Source of the DNA: Armatimonadota bacterium
GTDB lineage: Bacteria > Armatimonadota > SYMT01
Reading direction: 5' to 3'
Assembly: GCA_041690135.1 (NCBI GenBank)
Contig: JAWLHY010000014.1
Span: 14,140 to 78,139 of the forward strand
DNA: 64,000 bases
Positions 9,701 through 18,093 of this stretch are shown here, one piece after another; within the stretch, counting starts at the first letter, position 1, and every line of letters begins with the position of its first letter. The notes under the pieces were generated by a model. It searched no databases. It was not told where the DNA came from and was given only the letters and a program-made list of their open reading frames with translations. A program made the translations under genes and the position numbers.

Positions 9701-9932
9701 GCGACGTGAGCCGGACCGCCCGCCCACCCTGCGACGGCACGCTCCAGAGGTCTCCCTGGTACGTGAAGGCGATCGTCCGCCCGTCCGGAGAGAGCGCGGG
9801 GTAGCGCGTGCGTTTGGCGGCCTCCACGGGCGGCGTGCTGGCGGTGGGGGAGGCCCCGGCCGCCAGCCCGGTGAGCAGTGCGGCCGGGCCGGCGGCAAAC
9901 AGTACGGAAAGCAGAAGACGGCGGTTGTTCAT
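6756..9932 (-). CDS. tricorn-like S41 protease (PD40 beta-propellers, PDZ, S41 domain)
   Basis: Signal peptide, many SPDG repeats, NGVDWKAVRAKY, GSHLG, DVRYNGGG, INQDSASNSE, GVPTMGAVI, DPQLEKAVE. Confidence 0.92.
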   Translation of the reverse strand: MNNRRLLLSVLFAAGPAALLTGLAAGASPTASTPPVEAAKRTRYPALSPDGRTIAFTYQGDLWSVPSQGGRAVRLTSHIAREVQPTYSPDGKSILFSSNRHGGYDLFLMPAEGGPARRLTFHSSSEFPSGFTPDGQWVLFYGGAYGSTDIYKVRTNGGEPIRLTWDRHEREYFGDVSPDGRRILFNHNSSPGSWRRRGYVGSYNADVWVADFTTPFSNLQRITTNPSDDFRPFFSRDGSRIYYVSDRKGQVNLWSMDLKGGAQRQLTFHTTDGARIPSYAPLGEKIAYEYNSEIWLLDLKSGKSAAVPIEVRTDERRNLTSETTITANPTEYTVSPDGRKVALIVRGDLFVVPASGGTARRLAGGASRESHVAWMPDSKTLLFTSDVNGQKDLFRIGIDGSDRKALAVTPEDEFYGQPSPDGKWIAFHRGEKSLVVIPADGGDPAATISGSFYEVARGSSPRFSWAPDNKSLAFKMTGSQLEDAVYVASVEDPQPRRATRFFRDAGTPRWSPRADMLYFTAIAVDSRNLYAVDLGEEPKPEFEEDALDRLDQPRQATQVAAGPPVVNIAWDHVQERLRRVTSTGGVSDAVLHPNGSAFLLDTGGGIRMISATEENGSGAAFADNANGVELPRDGSRVFFFSGGQVQSVGLAARDRRTTSFKATVEIDLAADNRQVFSEAWWLMDRTFYNERLNGVDWKAVRAKYEALLPHAPYKDDLYDLMAEMVQELRGSHLGVSGPSDYSAPTSTSTAYLGIEPDWATLDREGKYRIARVTPGSPAESKWSRLSPGEYVLAVNGQALGQKVTFDELLDRMAGKKVVLTVNAQPTPDGAREVALKPLAPNAGSDLEYHAWVRERRRLVRDLSGGRIAYLHIEGMNRPSELKFKEELISEGTGKDGMLVDVRYNGGGNVAHRLLDILRKKPYVKFVPRSLGQEVISDWYPDYLWGKPAALLINQDSASNSEMMAEGFRSLGIGPCVGVPTMGAVIATTGWTFLDGGTIRLPNAGVFTASGEDMDLRGRQPDIPVPYDPMAIQAGRDPQLEKAVEVILQKLPRVAGKAN

Positions 9933-10081
9933 GAGATCCCGGTTCGAGGGCCGCTTACGGTGCGACCGGGCAGCGCCATGGGTGGTGCCACTTAAACCTA
10001 TGCTGCGCCATCTCTAAGGATGTGCATGTATGAGGATACGTTACGATAATCTGAGAGATTTCCGCCGCTCCAGAACGGGTC

Positions 10082-10990
10082 TCAATCCGTACGGTGGTCT
10101 CGCAGGAACTTGACGTGGCCGTCCAGGAAGAGGCGGTTTCGGCCCCCGAAGTGGACCGCCTTCCCCCGGATGGTGGCGGGGATGCTGGGGATGGTCCGCG
10201 GGAAGTAGGGGTCTACGGCCAGCTCCGCGTCGGCGGGCCCGTCCGGCCGGCCGGCGATGGGATTGTTGGCGGCACGGAGGTCATCCACGGCCTGGAGCTC
10301 CGTCTTGCCCCAGAAGTTGTCCAGCGGCACCGGCCAATCCGGGCGGTCGAAGCGCCACAGCCAGTACCGGGAGGCGGGGGCGTTGGCTGCCGCGCTGGTG
10401 GCTTGGTAGACCTCCACCGCCTGCCCCACCGTGGTGTGCGCCGTGCTGGGGCAGGACCACAGGCTGTTGTTCTTGGTGTAGGGCTCCAGCACCAGGATCG
10501 CCCAGCCCCCGCGCGGGTCGGAGGGCGGCCACCCGCTCCACGGCTTCCACCCGCCCGGCAGCAGCGTCTTCAGGTCCCGGCGGTCCGGCAGCAGCTCGTC
10601 GTAGTCCTGCGTGTACATCTGGAAGGCGGTCCCGATCTGCCGCAGGTTGGAGCTGCAGCTTGCCTTGCGGGCCGCCTCCCGCGCCTGGGCGAACACCGGG
10701 AACAGGATGGCGGCGAGGATGGCGATGATCGCTATGACGACGAGGAGCTCGATGAGCGTGAACGCCCGGCGAGATCGATAAAGATAACGATAAGGATAAA
10801 GAGAGGAGCGGGGGGGAGCGGGTGGATAAGGATAAGGATGATGGAGATAAGGACCGGGCTGCTTGGGGAGGCGAGAGCCCGAGTGCGGCCGGCGGGAGAA
10901 TGTTGCTGACGCTAGTGGGTTAGGCGCCGGGTTCGCGCTCCCGCTGCCACTCCCGGTTTTGCCGCTACTCCGCATCCGGATCCTCATCAT
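10082..10990 (-). CDS. prepilin-type N-terminal cleavage / DUF1559 protein with H-X9-DG motif
   Basis: [47 protein letters not shown]; C-terminal [13 protein letters not shown]. The only in-frame ATGs are about 70 codons upstream of the cleavage site, so the start is uncertain. Confidence 0.88.
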   Translation of the reverse strand: MMRIRMRSSGKTGSGSGSANPAPNPLASATFSRRPHSGSRLPKQPGPYLHHPYPYPPAPPRSSLYPYRYLYRSRRAFTLIELLVVIAIIAILAAILFPVFAQAREAARKASCSSNLRQIGTAFQMYTQDYDELLPDRRDLKTLLPGGWKPWSGWPPSDPRGGWAILVLEPYTKNNSLWSCPSTAHTTVGQAVEVYQATSAAANAPASRYWLWRFDRPDWPVPLDNFWGKTELQAVDDLRAANNPIAGRPDGPADAELAVDPYFPRTIPSIPATIRGKAVHFGGRNRLFLDGHVKFLRDHRTD

Positions 10991-11150
10991 CAACCTCGTC
11001 CTTCCTTATCCTTATCCACCCGCCTCTTTATCCTTATCTCCATCTTCACTCACCGGGTTCCGGCCATCCGCAAATCACCCTCATCCTCCAAATTTTCATC
11101 CTCATCCACCGGGTTCCGGCCATCCTTATCCTTATCTTTGTCCTTATCCT
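10789..11150. repeat. GGATAA/TTATCC repeat region with a 21-bp perfect inverted repeat and a 19-bp direct repeat
   Basis: 10818-10838 is the reverse complement of 11003-11023; CACCGGGTTCCGGCCATCC occurs at 11051 and 11107. Confidence 0.85.
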
Positions 11151-11168
11151 CCCGGAGGGGGTTCCTCG

Positions 11169-12641
11169 ATGAAGGCTGTGTTTATTGTACTGGATACGGT
11201 CCGGCGGGATTACCTGGAGGCGTACGGCAGCTCCTGGGTGAAGACGCCGAACCTGGCCCGCCTCTCCCGCGCGGGTGTGACCTTCGATAACCACTGGGTG
11301 GGGTCGCTGCCCTGCATGCCGGCGCGGCGGGAGTTCATGACGGGCCGGCACAACTTCCTCTACCGGGGCTGGGGGCCCATCGAGCCGTACGACGACGTGC
11401 TGCCGGCTGAGCTCCGGAAGGCCGGGGTGTTCACGCACCTGCTAACGGACCACTTCCATTACTTCGAACTGGGTGGGGAGAACTACCACACCGCGTTTAA
11501 CACCTGGGAGTTCTTCCGCGGTACAGAGTACGATCCCTGGGTCTCTCTCGTGGATGCCATGGCTCTCCCGGAGCACCTGGGGCGCCTGACCGCCCAGAAC
11601 TGGCACAACCGGCAGCGCCAGCAGCAGGAAGAGGACTTTTCCGGGCCCCGCACGGCCGCCGCCGCCGTGGAGTGGCTCCACGCGAACCGGAACGCCGACC
11701 AGTGGTTCCTGCAGGTGGAGATCTTCGACCCGCACGAGCCGTTCTACTGCACGGACCAGTACCGGGAGATGTACGGCGATACGTGGGACGGCCCCCTCTA
11801 CGACTGGCCGAAGTACGAGGCGGTCCAGGACTCGCCGGAAGCGATCGAGCATATCCGCAAATGCTACGCGGGCCTGCTGACGATGACGGACCACTGGGTC
11901 GGAAAGGTGCTGGATACGCTGGAAGAGCTGGGCCTGTGGGACGAAACGCTGATCGTGTTCACCACCGATCACGGCACCATGCTGGGCGAACATCAATACT
12001 GGATGAAGAACTACATGCCGGTCTACAACGAGATCGCCTGCCTCCCGCTGGTGATGAAGCTGCCGGGCGGAGAGCGTGCCGGCCGCCGGAGCGCCGCCCT
12101 GACGCAAACGATCGACCTGATGCCGACCTTCCTCGACTACTTCGGCTGTCCGGCGCCGCCGCACGTCTACGGCCACTCCCTGCGGTCCGCCCTGGACGGC
12201 ACGAGCTCCCGGCGGGACTGCATCTTCGGCTACTTCGGCAAGGCGATGAACATCACGGACGGGCAGCACGTTTACTTCCGCAACCCGGTGAACGCGGACG
12301 GCGGTCCGCTGTACGCCTACACCGCCATGCCGACCGGAGGGTTGAACCGCTGGTACCCGCGGGAAGATTACCCGCGCTGGGAGATGGGCCGCTACTTCGG
12401 CCACACCTACAACATGCCGCTCTACCGGATCCCGGAAGCCGGGCAGGTGCCCGAAGCCGTTCCAGGGGAAGAGAGCTTCGCCGGCCGCCACTTCCTGTAC
12501 GACCTCCGGGAGGACCCCCGGCAGGAGAACCCGCTGCAGGATCCCGCCCTGGAGGCCCACTTCGTGGACCGGATCGTCGCCCACCTCCAGGCCTGCGAGG
12601 CCCCCGCGGAGCAGTACACCCGGCTTGGCTTCGCGGATTAG
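11169..12641 (+). CDS. sulfatase (Cys-type, no signal peptide)
   Basis: MKAVFIVLDTVRRD, CMPAR, FDPHEP, TTDHG. GGAGG before ATG 11169; the ORF-track extension upstream is repeat DNA. Confidence 0.92.
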   Translation: MKAVFIVLDTVRRDYLEAYGSSWVKTPNLARLSRAGVTFDNHWVGSLPCMPARREFMTGRHNFLYRGWGPIEPYDDVLPAELRKAGVFTHLLTDHFHYFELGGENYHTAFNTWEFFRGTEYDPWVSLVDAMALPEHLGRLTAQNWHNRQRQQQEEDFSGPRTAAAAVEWLHANRNADQWFLQVEIFDPHEPFYCTDQYREMYGDTWDGPLYDWPKYEAVQDSPEAIEHIRKCYAGLLTMTDHWVGKVLDTLEELGLWDETLIVFTTDHGTMLGEHQYWMKNYMPVYNEIACLPLVMKLPGGERAGRRSAALTQTIDLMPTFLDYFGCPAPPHVYGHSLRSALDGTSSRRDCIFGYFGKAMNITDGQHVYFRNPVNADGGPLYAYTAMPTGGLNRWYPREDYPRWEMGRYFGHTYNMPLYRIPEAGQVPEAVPGEESFAGRHFLYDLREDPRQENPLQDPALEAHFVDRIVAHLQACEAPAEQYTRLGFAD

Positions 12642-12762
12642 GACGGCGGGTGGATAAGGAAACGGCAGGATAAGGATAAAGAGGGCGAGGATAAAGAAAA
12701 GAAGGGTGTAAACACCCCTCGGGGTGTAAACCTTCGCGGACTCTACACACATTTGGGGAACT

Positions 12763-15700
12763 ATGGCGCCGGGGGATTTGCTGCGGGAACTGGATAGCCT
12801 GCCGTTTTCGGGCCGGATGGCGCGGATGGTGGAGATCGGGCGCGCCTCGCTCGAGGACGCCGGTCTTCGCGAACTCCTGGCGGAATGGGAGCAGGGGGAG
12901 TGGTACGAGCGGTTCCTCTCGCTCCAGGCCTGTTACGGCAGCGGCAATGGGGCGCGGGTGCTGCGCTCCGTGGGCGATCCTTCGCGCGGCATCCGGGGGC
13001 TCGCTCTCAAGCTCGCCGGACACGTGTGCGATGACGAACAGGTCCTGGCGGCGCTCCGGCAGCTTCCGAAGGCCGCGCGGCAGGCCCTGCTCCGCCAGCT
13101 TGTGAAGGTAGGGCGCCGGAATGCCGTCGATCCGTACCTCGCTTCCCTGGCCGCCGGGCGAGATCCCGAGCTGGGCCGGTATCTCGCCTATGGGAGCGCG
13201 GAGACCGCGGAGGCCCACCTGGAGCAGGTGGCGGAGGCCGCCAGTGATACGGACTGGCAGCGGGTGGCCCGCCATCATCCCCGGATCGCCGCCGCGCACC
13301 TTCTCTCGCGCGCCCGGGCGGAGAGCGGTCCGAACCCGCGCCTCCGGTGGCAGGCGAATGCCGTGCTGGACCGCCTGGCCCGGTTCTGCCCGGACCAGGC
13401 GCTGACACTCGTTGAGCAGTTGCTGCAGCACTCGCCGCCGGATCAAATCGCGTTAGAAGGCCTCTCCCGCCGCCGGCCCACGAAACTGGTGGACCTGCTG
13501 CTAACCATGGAGGGGCGGGCACGCCTCAACCTTGCGCCGGTCGCCCACCGGCTCGACCCGGCGCGCCTCCTCGCGGTGCTGGAACATCGTTTGCAGTTGC
13601 TGCCGGACCCCGTTTACTGGTTCGGTCGCCTGGCTCCTGGGTCGCGGGCGGAGGTGTACCGGCAGATGGAGTACCGGTGGCGCTGGAAGGACGGCACGTT
13701 CCCGCTGGAGCTGGCGGCGGACCTGCCGGGAGTAGCCCGCGCGGCGGAAGGGCGCCGCCACCTGTCGCTTCCCGAGCTCGCCACCCGGGAGGCGGAGCGG
13801 ATCGAGTATACATGCCTGCTGCCGTGGGACGAGGCGACTCCGGTCCTGAAGCCGTACCTGGGCAACCCCGACCCCAACCTGCGGGCCGTGGCCCTTTCCG
13901 CCCGCATCCGATCGGCGCGGTACCAGCGGGAACGGCTTCCGGACGTGCTGGCCCTGGTCCGCGCTCGCCCCTTCGAGCAGGACCCGGTGCGGAACGCCAT
14001 GCTGGGGGCGCTGGCGGATCTCCCGCCGGCACGCTGGCAGGCGGAGCGCCTGGAGGACCTCTCCGCGATCCTGCGGGCGATGCTCGATGCCGCCGACCTC
14101 TCCCAGGCGACGGCTGCCCATGCCGAGCGGCTGATTCTGGCGCTGCTGCCGTTCCACCCGGAGTGGGCCGCCGGTTGGCTGGGCACCCTGGTGCAGGAGC
14201 GGGGACGGATCAGCTTCGGCGACCTGGAAGACCGGATCTCCGACCGCACGGCCCGCCAGATCGCCCCGGCCTTGCTGCCAGTGCTGGAAGAATGGGAGGC
14301 CCGCGAGCGGCAGCAGCACCTCATCGCCGCCGCCCGGAGCCTGGGCCGCCGCCTGAAAGTGCTGCCGGAGTTGGTGGAGATTCTGGAGCGAGTGATCGGG
14401 AGCACGCGGGAGCGCTGGGTCGCCGCGACCGGATTGATCCTGATCCAGCAGCACCGTCCCCAACGGGCGGCCGAGCTGATCCCGGAGCTGCTGCACGCGG
14501 ACCCGAGCTGGATCACGCAGTCGCCGGTCTACGAACACCTTCACCTCCGGCGGCAGGACCTGCTGGGGCCTTTCCTGGGGCGACAGGCGTACGGCGGCCG
14601 GTTCAGCACGGGGAAGACGGCCTTCGTGCTGCCGGTCCGGGACGGCTTCGGGCGCTGGACGCCCGCGCAGCAGGAAACCTTCGCGGAAACCCTCTACGCC
14701 GTGATCCGCGACAGCGGACGGGACTCGCCCTCCATCTTCTTCAGCCTCTCGCGCCTGGCGGAGCTGCCCGCCATATCCCCGCGATTCCTGCTCCGGCTCG
14801 CGCGGGTGGAGAACCGGAAGACGGCGGTCCGCGATATCGCACTGCGTGCCCTCGGGCGGCTCGATGCCGGCCAGGGGGTGCCGCACCTGGTGGAAGCGCT
14901 GGAGGATGAGCGGGCGCGGGTCGCCATCTACGCCCTGCGGCAGGCGCTGCTGGAGATGCCTGCGCCGCAGGCCCTCGCTTTCCTGCGGGCGGTGCCGCGA
15001 GAGAAGGTCACGGTCGCCAAAGAGGTGGTCCGGCTCCTGGGCGATTTGCCGGGGGAGGAGGCGTACCGTGCGCTACTGGCGTTCAACGAGGAAGAGCTGC
15101 ACCGGGACGTGCGGGTGGCGCTGCTGCGCGCCCTGTGGGAGCACCTGGAGCGAGAGGAAACCTGGCCCCTGCTGGAACAGGCGGCGACCTCGCCCGACGC
15201 GGCCCTGGCCACGGCGGTGAGCCGGGTCCCCGCCACGCGCCTCTCCCCGGCCGCGGGTCGCCGGTTGTGTCAGCTCCTGACGCGGCTGTTACAGCACCCG
15301 GACCCGGCGGTCCGGAGCGCCGCGCTGCAGCGGTGTAACGACCTGCCCGTGGCGGACCCCGAGCGGGTGCTGCTCGCCCCTATCCTGGCCTGCCTCGACT
15401 CGCCGGTCCCGCCCCTCCAACGGAACGCCTCCCAGGCGTTGCTGGCGACCTATCACGGTAAGGACGACCCGGCCATCGCGGAGGCGCTGCGGGGGATGCT
15501 GGGAAACCGGCGCGCGGTCCACACCCTGATCTTGCTGGTGGAGACGCGGGCTATCTGGGAGGCGGGCCGGCAGCGCCCCCTGGCCCGGAAGCTGCTCCCG
15601 GTGCTGGAGAGCGATCCGCTCACCGTTGCGCTGCAGCTCCAACTGGCCCTCTCCGCCCTGCCCTGGAAGGAAGGGGGAGCCCTCCTGACCCGCCTGGCGG

Positions 15701-15990
15701 ACGCCGGTCTGCTCCACGCGGATGCTATCGCCACCGCCGCCGGCAAGCTGGCGCAGTCGGACTACCGGTCGGACAGCGCCGAGCTCGCGGCCCTGGAGCG
15801 CTCTCTCGCGGCCAGCGACGACGAGCGTCTCCGGCGCCTCGGCCTTGCCGCTCTCCTGGGGTGCGTGGACCGCACCGGCTGGACCGCGGAACAACGCGAG
15901 CGGCTCGAAGCCTACCGGCGAGATCCCTCGCCCCTCGTGGCCGGCGCCGCGCAGTTCACTTTCCTGCCGGATGAGGGGAGTGAAACGTGA
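12763..15990 (+). CDS. large HEAT/ARM-repeat protein
   Basis: 1075 aa, Leu/Ala/Arg-rich helical repeats (DPNLRAVAL, HRDVRVALLRAL, DPAVRSAAL). Confidence 0.8.
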   Translation: MAPGDLLRELDSLPFSGRMARMVEIGRASLEDAGLRELLAEWEQGEWYERFLSLQACYGSGNGARVLRSVGDPSRGIRGLALKLAGHVCDDEQVLAALRQLPKAARQALLRQLVKVGRRNAVDPYLASLAAGRDPELGRYLAYGSAETAEAHLEQVAEAASDTDWQRVARHHPRIAAAHLLSRARAESGPNPRLRWQANAVLDRLARFCPDQALTLVEQLLQHSPPDQIALEGLSRRRPTKLVDLLLTMEGRARLNLAPVAHRLDPARLLAVLEHRLQLLPDPVYWFGRLAPGSRAEVYRQMEYRWRWKDGTFPLELAADLPGVARAAEGRRHLSLPELATREAERIEYTCLLPWDEATPVLKPYLGNPDPNLRAVALSARIRSARYQRERLPDVLALVRARPFEQDPVRNAMLGALADLPPARWQAERLEDLSAILRAMLDAADLSQATAAHAERLILALLPFHPEWAAGWLGTLVQERGRISFGDLEDRISDRTARQIAPALLPVLEEWEARERQQHLIAAARSLGRRLKVLPELVEILERVIGSTRERWVAATGLILIQQHRPQRAAELIPELLHADPSWITQSPVYEHLHLRRQDLLGPFLGRQAYGGRFSTGKTAFVLPVRDGFGRWTPAQQETFAETLYAVIRDSGRDSPSIFFSLSRLAELPAISPRFLLRLARVENRKTAVRDIALRALGRLDAGQGVPHLVEALEDERARVAIYALRQALLEMPAPQALAFLRAVPREKVTVAKEVVRLLGDLPGEEAYRALLAFNEEELHRDVRVALLRALWEHLEREETWPLLEQAATSPDAALATAVSRVPATRLSPAAGRRLCQLLTRLLQHPDPAVRSAALQRCNDLPVADPERVLLAPILACLDSPVPPLQRNASQALLATYHGKDDPAIAEALRGMLGNRRAVHTLILLVETRAIWEAGRQRPLARKLLPVLESDPLTVALQLQLALSALPWKEGGALLTRLADAGLLHADAIATAAGKLAQSDYRSDSAELAALERSLAASDDERLRRLGLAALLGCVDRTGWTAEQRERLEAYRRDPSPLVAGAAQFTFLPDEGSET

Positions 15991-16137
15991 GGCGTGAGGC
16001 GTGAAACGTGAGGTCAGGGGCAGGAGTTCGGTTGGTTTGGTACTGGTCGGTTCTGGTGCGTTACACGTGAGGCTTGGGGTGGGATGGGAGTGGGATCGGC
16101 ATAGTTGAGTGGAGCTTCCGGTAGAGCCCACAGGCTA

Positions 16138-17229
16138 TCAGAGCTTGACCACGCGGCCTTCATCGGCGGCCTGTCGCGCTTTGAGCACGATCTCTGTGCC
16201 CCGGAACACCTCCTCCGGGCGGATCAGGTGCGTCTTCCCGAGGTAGAGCGACTCGAGGAAGTCGAGGAGCAGCGAGCGCTCCGGTGGGAGCTCGGTGACG
16301 GTGCGCGGTTTCTCGGAGCCGGTCATCAGGGTCACGCCCGTGGCCCCCTGATACTCCACGATTCCCCGGCTGCCGGCGATCCGCAGGCGGTCGTCGCCGT
16401 GAGTCGACGCGGTGGAGGGGCGCAGGTAATCGATCCGGAGCGTGGCGGTGCCGCGGTTCTGCATCCGGAAGACGACCGCGGCCGTGTTCTCCATCTCTTC
16501 GATCGCCGGGTTTGCGACATTGGCGTGGAAGCCGCCGGCCTCCGTGAACTCGCCCCCGCCGATCCACCGCATCAGGTCCACCATGTGGATGCCGACGTAA
16601 GGAATGATGCCGCCAAGCCGCTCCCGGCGTTTCATCCAGTCCGGGCGGACCCCCAGCTTGTACGATTTTTGCGCATCAATGGCGATGACGTCCCCAATGG
16701 CCCCGCTCCGGACCACCCTCTCCATCGCCTGGTAGTGCGGGTAGAACCGCATCGGGAGCAGCATGGTCAGGGGCACGCGATGTTTGGTCACGGTCGCCCG
16801 GACCGCCTGGAGCTCATCGAGCGTCCGCGTAAGCGGCTTCTCCGCAACGATCGGCAGCTTTCGTGCGGCGCACGCCTGTAACACCTCCGCTCGGCCTCCG
16901 GTTTCGCCGCACACCGCGACTACATCCAACCGCTCCCGCTCGAGCAGGGGCCGGTAGTTCTCGTAAAACCGCGCCTGTCGGTAAGCCGGGCTGGTGCGGG
17001 CGCGTTGGAGAAGTGGGGGCTTGCCTTCGGCTACGGCCGCTATCACCAGTCCCGGTACGCTCCGGGCCGCCCCCGTGATCTCGGAGACGTGGCCGTCCAG
17101 GCCGATGATTCCCACGCGGATCGAATCCGGCCACCGGGCTCCGGCTCCCGGTTCATCACCCCGGCAAGCACGGGAAGCAGTCGCCGCCGTCAACACACCC
17201 GCCTGCCCGAGGAGGGTCCGCCGGGTCAT
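16138..17229 (-). CDS. Gfo/Idh/MocA oxidoreductase with Tat signal
   Basis: MTRRTLL Tat motif, IRVGIIG, EKP, GIHMVD. Confidence 0.88.
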   Translation of the reverse strand: MTRRTLLGQAGVLTAATASRACRGDEPGAGARWPDSIRVGIIGLDGHVSEITGAARSVPGLVIAAVAEGKPPLLQRARTSPAYRQARFYENYRPLLERERLDVVAVCGETGGRAEVLQACAARKLPIVAEKPLTRTLDELQAVRATVTKHRVPLTMLLPMRFYPHYQAMERVVRSGAIGDVIAIDAQKSYKLGVRPDWMKRRERLGGIIPYVGIHMVDLMRWIGGGEFTEAGGFHANVANPAIEEMENTAAVVFRMQNRGTATLRIDYLRPSTASTHGDDRLRIAGSRGIVEYQGATGVTLMTGSEKPRTVTELPPERSLLLDFLESLYLGKTHLIRPEEVFRGTEIVLKARQAADEGRVVKL

Positions 17230-17242
17230 TGGGAGTTCCCCT

Positions 17243-17845
17243 TTATCCGCCACTTCCGTCCCTCCCATCCAGTCGCACCGGCCCTACCGGATGAACCGAA
17301 GGGTGGGCCAGCACCTCTTCCAGGGCCTCCAGGTACCCGTCGCCCAGGGTTACCCGCGTGATCTCGGCGAGCCGGAACCGCTCCGTCTCCACCCACCGGC
17401 CCTGGGGATCAACCTCCCGGAGGGACACCCGGCTGCGGGTCAACTTCCGGACCTCCCCCACGTAGCCGCAATCCGGCCGCCGGCCCTCGCACGCCAGCCA
17501 CACCAGGGGATAGCTTTCCCGCGCGCTCGCCAGCAAGGTGGCCCAGTCCGTGAGGTCCAGCCGCTCCGGCCGCACGGGCGTCCGTCCCAGCAGCTTCAGC
17601 GCCCGGGGAATGAACGACCGGGGCGCCGAGACGGCCCGCAGGTCTTTCAGCCGCACCGCCGTGTAGCCGTTTAAGGTGAGCGTGTGGCCGTCCACCACGT
17701 GCAGCAGCACGCGCCTGTCGCTCACACCGACGACGAACCCTTCCAGCAGGTGCGCGTCCAGCGGCCGCCGGTCCAGGCTCACGTATTTTTCTCGCTCCAT
17801 CAGTCGTTCCAGGACCTTCCGGAGCTTGCGCTTGGATTTCTTCAT
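17243..17845 (-). CDS. hypothetical protein with two similar beta-rich domains
   Basis: LEGFVVGVSDRRVLLHVVD and YVGEVRKLTRSRVSLREVD halves. Confidence 0.65.
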   Translation of the reverse strand: MKKSKRKLRKVLERLMEREKYVSLDRRPLDAHLLEGFVVGVSDRRVLLHVVDGHTLTLNGYTAVRLKDLRAVSAPRSFIPRALKLLGRTPVRPERLDLTDWATLLASARESYPLVWLACEGRRPDCGYVGEVRKLTRSRVSLREVDPQGRWVETERFRLAEITRVTLGDGYLEALEEVLAHPSVHPVGPVRLDGRDGSGG

Positions 17846-17928
17846 CGTCAGGGTACCCGTAACCAATCGCCTGTGTGTTTCTACCGTTAGCCCCCAGGGG
17901 CGATGGAAGCCCGTGATCGCCTTTCTAC

Positions 17929-17979
17929 GGATTGAAATCCGTGGCTGACTGACCGAAGTCCGCCGTCACGGACTCGGAA
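17929..17979. repeat. REP-like palindrome (GGATTGAAATCC family)
   Basis: GGATTGAAATCCG-GGCTGACTGACCGAAGTCCGC...CGGACTCGGAA; near-identical to 35431-35500. Confidence 0.75.
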
Positions 17980-18093
17980 CGGGCCGAACTCAGAGGTGCG
18001 TCTTTTGGTTAATCTCCATACCCCTGTCCCCACCGGGGGCCGAATCAGTCAACTCCTGGCCACCGAGATGGCTTCCATGCTCATCCTTCATCC

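Noticed and set aside
6597-9995. 1132-aa plus-strand ORF and similar long antisense ORFs (e.g. 35834-38395, 46652-48520, 57263-59404, 62165-63805)
   Set aside because: Shadow frames opposite well-supported genes in high-GC DNA, with no motifs.
10863-11168. N-terminal extension of the sulfatase; likewise the extensions at 35313-35606, 40251-40544 and 49625-49804
   Set aside because: Translated repeat DNA upstream of a better start, marked by an RBS and/or the family N-terminus.
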